NCBI GenBank assembly: GCA_963769935.1 | Contig: CAVYNY010000010.1 | Span: 704,001 to 768,000, forward strand | DNA: 64,000 bases | Reading direction: 5' to 3' | DNA from: an uncultured delta proteobacterium | Lineage (GTDB): Bacteria > Desulfobacterota > Desulfobacteria > Desulfobacterales > JAFDCJ01 | In this document: positions 19,522 through 29,728 of the stretch, piece by piece | Numbering within the stretch: the first letter of the stretch is position 1 | Layout: each line of letters begins with the position of its first letter | Position numbers and translations under genes: made by a program | The notes under the pieces: generated by a model | What the model was told of the DNA's origin: nothing | Database searches by the model: none | Seen by the model: only the letters and a program-made list of their open reading frames with translations

Positions 19522-20834
19522 TCATATCAGGCTAAGCCATTCGCGGATTTCCGCGTCGCTGGACTGGCGGATTTCCACTCCCTGCCGAATGCGGCTGTTG
19601 CGCGATAATTCGAATGCGGTCAGGCCCGGGTAAGCCTTATACCAGACCTGCGTGGGCAATTGATGTCGTCTCAGGGAATACTTGAATTTCTGTTCCCGTT
19701 CCGCCCCGTCCTTAATCAGCCATCTGGTTGTGGGATACCCCATGCCGTTGCTGAACACCAGGTTCAGTCCCCAGGCAACCTTATTGATGAAGTCGTCCAT
19801 GTAACTCTCCAGGCTGCCGTCATAGTTGCTGGCAAAAAGAAGACTGCGGTCGTTGTTCATGAGCACCCAGCGGGCGAAATGAATGGTTCGCACCCGCGTG
19901 AGAAAGCCGCGGTTGTAGATATGTCTGGCGGAATAGTCGAGCAGCACGAGTAGCAACTTGAGTGTACAGCGGCGAAAAGGCCCCGGCTTGACATCGCCCA
20001 GCACAGTGAACTGATTGCTGACGTCATGATCTTCCAGCTCGGAAAGTTCCCGGACATGGCGCCGGTCAGGCCGGATGACGATCTCGGGGTCGGAGCGCTC
20101 CAGCATCCGCAGCCGCCAGGCGAAAAAGGGCGCAGCGGCCAGCAATACCGGTGACAGGACCAGCAGCGACCAGCGGTATCCCGACCTTGTGCAGCAAGTT
20201 TTTGATTTTCCAGTCCCAGGGCGTGGGCTCCGGCGGTGTCAGCGTGAGCCGTCCGGCATGTTTTTCCTTTTCAACATGCGACAGGAGCTTCTGCCGGATC
20301 GCGCGGGTGTTCTCCCGGCCGTGGTTGCGACGATTTCCTGCAAACAGGCGGACAGGCTTTGATGCAGGGCCCGTTCTTCGTGCACCTGTTTGACGGTGCG
20401 GCCAATCCAGTTGATATAATTGGCGCTGGGGTTGATGTTGTGTTTTTTCATCCATTGCAGCAAAGCCGTGCTGATCCTCGGAAAAGCCTTCACAGATGGG
20501 AAAATATTTTCTCCAGACCCGGGACCGGCACATCAACGGTGAGTTGTTCCAGAAATGAGTCCCGATCGCCGTCCAATCGCCAAGAAACGCCAGTGACGGG
20601 CGCCACGCATGGGGCGTCAGACCGTATACCTTTATATCATCGGCGGTCTTTAGCTCCAGAATCACAAATCTGGCCACATGCAGACGATCGAAGCGGCCGA
20701 AAGGAACCAGATCGTTCGCCGGAGTCGGCGTGTCCGCACGGTATTGTTCATCGTGGCCAATAGGGCGCGCAGGCTCATCCATCTGCCCCTCGCGGATAGC
20801 GGCGACTAATCAGGAAAGTGGATTGAGGCGTCAT
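19522..20834 (-). CDS. DyP-associated protein with a central TM segment, frameshifted
   Basis: Starts MTPQSTFLI; repeated motif LHVARFVI and IHFARWVL...LLFASNYDGSLESYMDDF. Confidence 0.7.
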
Positions 20835-20882
20835 GGCTTCTATCCGGAGTTGGTACTCGTCATGTATGAAGATTTGTCGGCT

Positions 20883-21340
20883 CTATGAATGCACATTCCG
20901 GGTCAACGCAAAATCCAGGACACGTTTTTTGCCCCACCAGACCTTGCCGAGATACACTCCGGCTTCGACTTCGCGGATTTCATCCCGAATGGCTTTGGCA
21001 AAAAATGAGGTTTTGGAGTAATCGATGACGATGGTGTCTTTCCCATCCAGCCAGCTTTTACCCCGATAGACCTTGGCGACAATCAAATGTCAGGCTGAAG
21101 AGGCGTTATCTTGTTGACCAGAATGCCCGACTGGCGATCCGATGAAAAAAGATCGAACACTTTGCCCTGCCAGGCAAAGATTCGCGCCAATGCGGCCACG
21201 GATTTTCGAAAAGGTCGAACCTGCCAGGATTGCGGTGCCCTGGGTATCTCCACGGGGATCTCCCCGGGTTCGGCATTGCGGTAGATTTCATCAAGTTCCT
21301 CTCGGGATTTGCTCAACCATGTTTTGACCGTCGGATGCAT
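20883..21340 (-). CDS. Conserved hypothetical protein of peroxidase clusters, frameshifted
   Basis: WQGKVFD, AKVYRGKSWLDGKDTIVIDYSKTS, IRDEIREV..GVYLGK. Confidence 0.7.
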
Positions 21341-21346
21341 GATTCG

Positions 21347-22385
21347 TTACTCCTTGTTGCGCAGTTTGGCTGCATGTTGGCATAGACCAGCCGCCGTACC
21401 GCATTCATCCTTCCCAGTGGTTCGTGGGCAGCCAGGCTTTGCCAGGGATTGAAGCTGCTGCGCTCGCAGGCTGCCAGGGAATCCTCATCATCAAAGTCCT
21501 GATTTTTGATGGTAATGGTTGCAACCGTCTGGAAAGGGTGATTCGTCTTCATCCCAGATAACCGAGGCATCCTCGATCGGCATGGTTTGAGGGTCTGTTC
21601 TGTCTCTGAACGCCAAAATGAAAACAGGCGGTTTCCTGCTGCAGATGAGCCTTGATTGCGGCGCGCAGCTGGTTTTCACCCGCATCGACGGCCCTGGTGG
21701 TTGTATAGCTCGAACAGGGCGTGACGGAGTATTTGACGACCTGACCCCCAGTTTCCCCCAGCCGGAAGGGAACCGTGCTCCAGTAGCGGATATCCAGCGG
21801 ACTGAGGTGTTTTCTGCGCGCCTTGAAGACGATCCACAACGACTTTCAGATGCGGATCGAAGGGATTTAAAAAGAAAAGCATTTCTTGTCCCTCCTGCCG
21901 AGCGCGTATAAACGCTAAAAAATCTTCCGGCGTGGCGACAAAAAGCGCAGGATAGCTGTTGAGCACAAAATCCTGCATGCCGGGTTCACCCCAGATAACC
22001 GTGGCCGCTTGACATTCGATACCTTGATCGACAGGCCGCGGATATCTTTTTTCGAATCATCCATGTTGCTGGCGTTGGCAAAGCGCAGCATGGCCGGATA
22101 GCTGGCCGGCTGCGAGAAGAGTCCGTGCTTCAATTCATGCGGGCATATCCTCATGCACCCGAAATTCTGCCTGCGAGGCAGGCCAACCGTTTTCGGCTGG
22201 TTGAATCTGGGGATGAAACCAGTTTTGGCCTCGGCCAGGGTGATGGCTTCCACCCGCTGGCTCATTTCGGCAACCAGCTGATCAATGGTTGCCCGGCTGT
22301 CATTTGGGCCGCGGCCGTCGGGAAGCATTCCAACAAGGCTGATCTCTGCCGGCGGCCAATGCTGAAGTCGTCTTTTGCTGGCCAT
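21347..22385 (-). CDS. Second catalase-related heme protein, frameshifted
   Basis: YPAMLRFANAS..DDSKKDIRGLSIK, QDFVLNSYP, YWSTVPFRLG, MPIEDASVIW, FNPWQSL..HEPLGRMN.VRRLVY. Confidence 0.8.
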
Positions 22386-22398
22386 GTTCACTTCCGCA

Positions 22399-25328
22399 TT
22401 AGGGTTCTGAGAATGCAGGATCTGATTCCGCGTCGGGTCGCGGTTTCCAGGCCAGGCTGTAATATTCACCCCGATCCCGCGCCCAGGGATCAAACGCATT
22501 TTTGACATGCATGAGTTCGTCCTTGAGTTCCGGGATATTGCGCATCAGCAGGCGTTTGAGCGGCGAGACCGCCACGGTATGGCCGTTGACCTGCTCCGGT
22601 TCCAGACAGGCCTTGCTGCCGTCGGTCTGGGTGGTAACCGGATAGGGGCATTCGGCCAGCAGGCCATTATTCATTACCCAGTCATAGCCGAGGGTGGAAT
22701 AAAACTCCGGACGGAAACTGGAGGTAAAAAAACGATCGCTGAACAGTCGGCGTGAAGCGTTGATGATAAAGATCTGGAACTGGGTCTCGGAAATGGCAAA
22801 CCCATGCGGGCGTGTATATTCAGCCAGCCAGCCGACGACATTGTCGACGTCCTCGATATTGTCCACCACCGCGCCGTCCGGGTGGCCCAGGCAATCGTTG
22901 ATGAAGGTGCCGTCTTCATTGCGCTGGGCCTTGGAGATGATTTTGCCGGCATCGCAGGTGTGGGTGCCGTAAATCTCCCGCATGCGTCGGATGGTTTCTT
23001 CCTGTTGTTGGCGCCAGGGGTCTTTCGGTCCAGGCGATGATCAATAAAATCATCGAAGCTGGTCAGGTTTCTCAGGCCGATTTGACGGCGAAATTCATTA
23101 AACCGGGGAATGCCGCGTTCACGATCACGAATCAGGTCGAGGGCGACAATATCGAGTTTTTTCGTTTCCGAGTTCAGGTGCGGCATCGGCAGGTTCTGAA
23201 GGAACAACGGCAGGTTCCGCAGATGCAGCAGTCCCAGTCGCTGACGTCCCATGCTCAACGCCCAGTTGTCGAGGCCGCGTTCATGCATCTGGGCGGTGGC
23301 GCCTCCCCTTGCGGTATCGAATACGGGAATTTTCAGACTGATCTTGTTGGGGTCCTGCTTTTGCCGGAACTCGATCAGGTCGGGCACCAGGGCATGCAGA
23401 CGATAAACGGATGTGAATTCCTCCGGAAAATTGAAGGGCGAGCCGAAATGGTTGGTGCCGCCATTGACATCATCTTTGAGGTTAGTCAGATCCCAGCCAT
23501 CATGTTCCCACCAGAGCACCCCCTTGGGCTTTTGTGTTGCCGAGACCGAAAATACCGGCACCGGATGCGAGCACCGAGTAGATGGAGTTGGCTTTACCGG
23601 CATCCGACGAACTCGAAAACCAGCCGGCCACTGTTCCGGAGATCCGGCTGAAGAAATTTTCATCCTTGTGCAGTACGCGCCGCAACAGTTTCGAGACCCG
23701 ATCTTCTTTCTGATTGAAGAGACCGAACCAGTTGGCGTTCATGGCCTGATAGAGCGGCTCGTCATATAACAGCTGGGGGGTCCACTCGATGGTATGGATT
23801 TTGGCGATCTCCGCCGCCACAACCAGGCGGGCGGCCTGATACAGGCGTTCATCCGGAACATCCTTGTAGGCAATGATCTTTTGTGGATTGTCCGGGTCGC
23901 GCAGTCCGGAGTCGGCATCAGGGGTCTGTTTCTGTAATTCTCTGAACTTATCGACAAAATAATTATGCTCGCGGGTGAACAGGTTGTGATAGAAACTCAG
24001 GCCGATGTTCCAGTTGTCCGGGAAAGCGGCGGCTTCCTGACCCTGCCACTGGGGCTGCACGGGGCAGTCGGCAGAATAGCTCTCACAGGCCGGCATCACG
24101 GGCAGGTAGTTGTTTTTGAAGAGAAACTTGGCCGGATCTTGCGGGTCGCGCTGTACGCGCTTGGATGACAGATCATCGTAACCGTAGATCTGGGAGGCAT
24201 CCCACCAGGCGGTGACAAGGTTGTCGGTGGTTTTAGGTGAACGTTTCAGGTACGTCTGGCCGCCATATTCAAAGGTTGGCGGGGCAGTTTCCCGGGCATA
24301 AAGTGATGGTTCGAGGCGGTCGCCTTCACGGCACCCCAGTGATTTGGCTTCTTCGGATGTGCAGCCGACCGGTTGCAGCTCAGGTTTGTTGCGGCCTTCA
24401 TCGGTGTGGGAAAACCAGTCATGCGTCATGAATTGAATCCAGAATGCCGCCAGGACATTAAAGAAAGGCGCTTTTAAGATAATCGCACGATGGCATTCGG
24501 CGAGTAGGCCGCATCCCCCATTCCCAGGTTGCACCCGTTGCCTTCGGTTTGCTCGCGGGTGAATAGCTTTCTGCTGATCAACTGCGGATCCGGTTTGAGC
24601 AACCCGATTCGGTCGCCGTGCCGGTTGCGCGTCAGTTCATTCAATTCCAGCCGCGGAAAGGTTGTATCAAACTGCATATTCCGGCCGAACGGCATACCGG
24701 TAGAACCCATCAGGGGGTTGATCAGATCATTGCAGATGCCGGTCAGGGTTCGATAGGCAATCAATGAACCCTTGCACAACTGCGGACCGTCGCCGCCCAC
24801 CTCCTGATAAAATTTGTTGCCGGGCGGCAGGCGCATTTCATCCCACTGTTTCAGTGTCGGACCTGGCCGGCTGTCTTTGCCCTGGATGTATTCTTCGTAG
24901 GTATTCTGATCGAAGAGATTGAATTTGATCAGTTCCATACGCTGGTATTCCAGGTCAAGCAGTGCGCCATCGATTCCCCGGCCATTCGGGAAAAGATGTT
25001 CGCCGATTGCGGTAACGGCGTCTCGGCCTTCGTGTTTGCTGCCGGCATCGCCCGTCGCATAATAATTCTGCCAGTCTACATACGGTGAGCTGCGATAATC
25101 CACAGCCTTTTCACCACCGCGACAGCGCGCCGTATCCTCCCGGACCTTGCCTAGGAACCGTTGCGAAGGGTCATCGGGAATTTTCAGAAAGCCGCGTTTC
25201 GCAGATGATATACAGGCCTCAATTTCACTTTCACCAGCAGCATGTGCGGGATAGGCGGCCAGAAATGGTGCCAGAAGCGAAACCGCCGCAATAATCCGAA
25301 TGCTGATCGACGGTATGTGCTTTTTCAT
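22399..25328 (-). CDS. Exported peroxidase-cyclooxygenase superfamily enzyme, fatty-acid alpha-dioxygenase-like; frameshifted
   Basis: Signal peptide ending PAHA; WIQFMTHDW, IAKIHTIEWT, EEFTSVYRLH, RDRERGIPRFNEFRR, GFAISETQFQIFIINASRRLFSDRFFT. Confidence 0.88.
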
Positions 25329-25722
25329 ATTTCTTTCCCCCTTGATGATTTTCAAATGACGAAGCTAAAGAGAAATAGAGAAGAATGCCTTTTCCTTGTA
25401 TCAACAAGCTTTTTGGCGGACGGTGAGAATAATTTTAAATATTATACTTGCGTGAACCTTTTGCAAGGGGGAGCAAGCGTCCGGTATACGACATAGTCGT
25501 ATATCGATATTCAAAACCATCTGAAATTAAAGAAAATTTTTCATAAAAAAATTAATGAAGATTTTCCGGGTGGAAACATTTGTTGGACATTTGAAGAAGA
25601 CTTCGGTAATAAGGGATCAAAAGACGATGGAATGCCGACCGCAGACAAGCAGGGAATCCCGGCCCGCGGGGAGGACCGGGTGCTCCATGATGGCACTAAC
25701 ATTTTAATTCAGGTATACCAAC

Positions 25723-26781
25723 ATGCCGACTGCCGAACTTTCCGATCTGAAATTTGAGCGTCAAACCATCTTCGCAAAATTCATCGATCCCGCCGGGCAG
25801 ACAGCCGAAAGATCCATTGAAATCCGTACCCACCCCATTACCGGCCGCACCTGCCGCATCACCTTCAGCCGCATCCATGAAAAGGAAGCCGGAGCCAATT
25901 CACTGCCCCAGCCGCCGCCCAATGCCGGCGAAACCTCCCGGTGCCCTTTCTGCCGGCCGCGGGTAAACTCAGGAAACCCCTCGACTGCATCCCGACATAG
26001 TGCCTGATGGCCGCCTGGTAAAAGGAGAGTCGATTCTTTTTCCGAATTTATTTCCCTACGGCAGTTATTCGGCCGTCAGTCTGTTCAACGACGATCACTT
26101 CGTGGAGATTGGAACGGCTTCGAGCTCATCTTATGCCGACAGTTTTATGAACTCCGCCGCATATCTGAAAAAAGTACTTCATCACGACCCGCAGGCAATA
26201 TATATGGCCGTCACCCAGAACCATCTGCCTTCGGCCGGCGGATCTTTGCTGCATCCCCATCTGCAAATCAACGCCGATCGGATTGCCGGAAATCACCATC
26301 GCTTTCTGCTGCAAAAGGCCGCTGGCTTCCACCGGCAAAACGGTCAGTATTTGTTTTCCAGTTACCTGGCGCATGAAAAAGCAGAAGGGTCCCGCTATAT
26401 CGGCAGCAACCGGCAAATGGGAGTGGATGGCAGCCTTTGCCCCGGAAGGTTTCTTTGAGATCTGGGGCATTCTGCCCGAAGTTACTTCTTTTCAGAAAGT
26501 GACGGCCGCCGGCTGGCAGGAATCTGGCCCGGGGCGTTATCTGCACCCAGCACTTTTACCGCAGCCTCTGCCGCAACGGCTACAATCTCGGCTTGCTGTC
26601 GGTTGAGACACCCGCCAGCAGACTTGAACTGCGGGTCGTCATCGTGGTGCGTTCAAACTACGCCCCCTGGGTGCGCAGCGATATTACCGGCTATGAAGTC
26701 ATACTGGGCGACATGGCCACCTTCGTCGCGCCGGAGCAAACCGCCGCCTGGGCCCGACCGTTTTTTCCGGAAAAATTTTAA
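25723..26781 (+). CDS. GalT/HIT-superfamily nucleotidyltransferase, frameshifted
   Basis: EIRTHPITG, CPFC, FPNLFPY, SAGGSLLHPHLQ. Confidence 0.8.
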
Positions 26782-26788
26782 AAAGCCT

Positions 26789-28078
26789 TCAGTTTCTGTC
26801 CCCAATCGGCGCAGCAAAGGCATCCCGTACCAGGATCTCCACGTTGTCGCCGGTAAGCGACTCCAGAAACACGACAATCTGCGCCGTCTCTTCATTGGTC
26901 AGCCCGAGCGGACGGATGAGGGGATCAAGCAGGGGATTGGGGACCCCGCCCCGGTTGTAGAATTCAACCACCTCCCTCAAAGTACCGAAGGTACCGTTAT
27001 GCATATAAGGCGCTGTGAGCGCAACATTTCTTAACGTCGGGGTTTTATAGCGCCAGCGGTCGGCGGGATCCTGCGTGACCTCATACCGGCCGAGATCACT
27101 GGGGGGGCGCTCACCGACGCTGTTTACCACACTTCGCGGCACCGGCACCTTAAGCCCGGGGGCGATCTGGACCTGAACCTCGGGCGGGTCGCCGCCGACC
27201 GATACCTGCCAGCCCAACCCCGTATTGTGGAAGGCATCGTCGGTAAAAAGAGCGTAATCTTTCCCAATCGTATGGCAGGCGGCGCACCCGGCTTTGCCCT
27301 TGAAGAGTCTGAAACCCTGCCGGGCGGATTCACTGAGGGCCTTTTGGTCCTGCCCGAAATACCAGCGATCGAAGGGGGAATCCCCGGAGACAAGTGTCCG
27401 CTCGTAGGAGGCGATTGCCATCCCGATGGTTTCAATCCCCGGTCCCCGCCCGTCGAAGGCGATCTCAAACAGCCCCCTGTAGTCCGGCAGACTGCGGATC
27501 TTCTCGATCACATCCCCGATGCTCGGGTTGGCCATTTCATTGGATGCGAGTATCGGCTGCCAGATCTGATATTCCAGACGAATCTCCCGGCCGTCGTCAA
27601 AGATATGGGAAAAGTAGGCAACGTTGTAGATGGTAGGTGCGTTCCGCCGCACGGTCCTTCCCTCGATTCCGACCGCAGTGGCCAGCTCGTTGTTGGTGAA
27701 GCCCTGCTCGGGAATGTGGCACATGCCGCAAGACATGGTCCCATTCAAGGAAAGCCGGCGATCAAAAAAGAGCTTGCGCCCCAGCTGCACCTTGGCATAT
27801 GTCACCGGATTATCCGGCGGCACGGGTATGAACGGCAGACCCAGAGGAGGTGATTTCAAAACCGCCATGAGGTCCGCCGCTTCGCCCTTGCGCTGCAGCA
27901 AACTGATGGAGCGGCTTTCATAATCGGGGGTTTCGTACCCGGTGCGGTTGTCTCCGGGCCCTTGCGTTACATCCGCACTCCAAGCATGGCCGATTAAAAT
28001 CGCCGGCACCATCGCCAATAATCCGCAATATGCGAAGAGGCGGACAAACGCGGCATTTGGTTTACGAATTGGCGTCAT
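26789..28078 (-). CDS. Diheme cytochrome c peroxidase, MauG/bCcP family
   Basis: LGRKLFFDRRLS, CGMCH, RNAPT, CAACH, YKTPTLRNV, PYMHNG; signal peptide. Confidence 0.92.
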   Translation of the reverse strand: MTPIRKPNAAFVRLFAYCGLLAMVPAILIGHAWSADVTQGPGDNRTGYETPDYESRSISLLQRKGEAADLMAVLKSPPLGLPFIPVPPDNPVTYAKVQLGRKLFFDRRLSLNGTMSCGMCHIPEQGFTNNELATAVGIEGRTVRRNAPTIYNVAYFSHIFDDGREIRLEYQIWQPILASNEMANPSIGDVIEKIRSLPDYRGLFEIAFDGRGPGIETIGMAIASYERTLVSGDSPFDRWYFGQDQKALSESARQGFRLFKGKAGCAACHTIGKDYALFTDDAFHNTGLGWQVSVGGDPPEVQVQIAPGLKVPVPRSVVNSVGERPPSDLGRYEVTQDPADRWRYKTPTLRNVALTAPYMHNGTFGTLREVVEFYNRGGVPNPLLDPLIRPLGLTNEETAQIVVFLESLTGDNVEILVRDAFAAPIGDRN

Positions 28079-29397
28079 GGCTTGTACAGGGCGTAGGCCC
28101 CGAACTTCATTTCATGGGGACGACCCAGCTTCTCACGGGTGAAGTCGATGACAAAGCGCTCTTTGAGCTCCTTGCCGTCCCACGTGAAGCTTTTTATAAA
28201 CTGCTCGTTGTCGTTGCCTTTTTTGTCCCATTTGGACAAAAGCGAACTGGTAAAGTAAAGCCGTTTGCCGTCCCAGCTGGAAGAGACCATATTCACCTGA
28301 GATCCGATCTGCTTTTCATACACCTGTGAAGGATGAAACGGATCGGATATGTCGAAAGCCCGAACCTTGCCCTCCAGGAAAGTAGTCGCCCACAACAACC
28401 GGTCATCGGCGGAAATCGTGAAGGCCGGCGGAAGCGGCACCTGAGCCGGGTCCCCTATGTCGGCAACATCCCTGGCCTGCCAGATACCCTGCTTATCGCG
28501 ATATACGAGCCAGATCTTGGAAGTAAGCGCGGCGACCGTAAAGACATAGTCATGCGCCGGGTTGATTGCGCAGCGTATCTCCAGCGGCGCACCGGGTATG
28601 TCGAAAATCTTGAGCGGTTTGCGATCGCTCAGGCGCCAAACGACAAAGGTATTGCCGAAACGCTTCATGGCCTGTTCATCTTTGAGCATCTTGCCAAAAT
28701 CCATCATGTAGTTGGACCATCCGGTAAAAGATGAGGTGAACATAGCGTCCAGCCGCGGCATGCCGCGCACGTCGTAATTGTAGCCGTCCGCGTATTTGCC
28801 GGTCTTCCGCGCGCCTTGCAGGTTGTCATCGGTCGGCATCCAGTAGGTGGCCGCATATTTTCCGTCGGCGGTGTACTCGACCAGGGCCGAGCGGCCGCCG
28901 TGGTCGCGGTTGTTGGAAAGTCCGGTAATGAGCATGTGATCCTTTACGGGCATGATCGTGTGGGGACCGACCACACCCCCGCTCTGGGCCACGAAGTCGG
29001 TTATGGTCCCGACCAGCCGCGGTCGGGCCGGATCGGAATGGATGTCAAAGATAAATATTTTGCTGGTGTCCAGGGAGGCCCCCCACAGATAGCGCCGGTC
29101 AAATGTCAACCCCATATGATGGACCTCGTTTCGTCCGCCCACGGACGCCGCATGCACAACTTTGCCATACTGCGGCGAATCCGGGTTCACAGCGATGGTA
29201 ACCAGCTTGTCCTGTTCATCTCCGATTCCTTCGGTGCCGAGTGTCCAGACGTATACAAAATCCTCTTGCCCGGTTATTTTTACCATATCGGCCGGCAATC
29301 CGGTTTCGTTGGCCCAGGCTGAAAAGGTTGCCGGGTTAAGGGCGGCCGCGAAAATGATGATCGCGGTTCCCAAGAGACCTTTTCTTAAAGCTTTCAC
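28075..29397 (-). CDS. mtoX: Selenium-binding protein SBP56 family, methanethiol oxidase-like
   Basis: ITGQEDFVYVWTLG, NEVHH, GPHT, TSSFTGWSNY, YFTSSLLSKWD, PHEM; signal peptide; ATGA overlap with the MauG-like gene. Confidence 0.85.
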   Translation of the reverse strand: MKALRKGLLGTAIIIFAAALNPATFSAWANETGLPADMVKITGQEDFVYVWTLGTEGIGDEQDKLVTIAVNPDSPQYGKVVHAASVGGRNEVHHMGLTFDRRYLWGASLDTSKIFIFDIHSDPARPRLVGTITDFVAQSGGVVGPHTIMPVKDHMLITGLSNNRDHGGRSALVEYTADGKYAATYWMPTDDNLQGARKTGKYADGYNYDVRGMPRLDAMFTSSFTGWSNYMMDFGKMLKDEQAMKRFGNTFVVWRLSDRKPLKIFDIPGAPLEIRCAINPAHDYVFTVAALTSKIWLVYRDKQGIWQARDVADIGDPAQVPLPPAFTISADDRLLWATTFLEGKVRAFDISDPFHPSQVYEKQIGSQVNMVSSSWDGKRLYFTSSLLSKWDKKGNDNEQFIKSFTWDGKELKERFVIDFTREKLGRPHEMKFGAYALYKP

Positions 29398-29728
29398 CAG
29401 TTGATTCTCCTTGTATGATATTGAATTTATTTACGTTTTTACTTGGAAACAGCAGACTGCCATTTCAATTTCAAGGGACCCACAATGATGAAAACGCAGC
29501 GGATACAATCGTCGGTGATGTCGGCAGAATGGTCGCGGATCCCTTGATGTTTTTTACTCGAGAGCTTAAAGGATTGCTTTGAATAGGTTCGATAAAGACA
29601 ACCTAATTGGGTACGGCTATGGGTAACCACAAATCGGCGGATTGTCAAGAAGGAGAAAAATTCGAAATAATGCTTATCCACCCTTCAGATTCTTTCTCGG
29701 CCGGCGGTGCTTCTTGCATTTGCTCAAC

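Noticed and set aside
17976..26781. Programmed ribosomal frameshifting
   Set aside because: Several shifts per gene across unrelated genes with no consistent slippery site; sequencing error or decay is simpler
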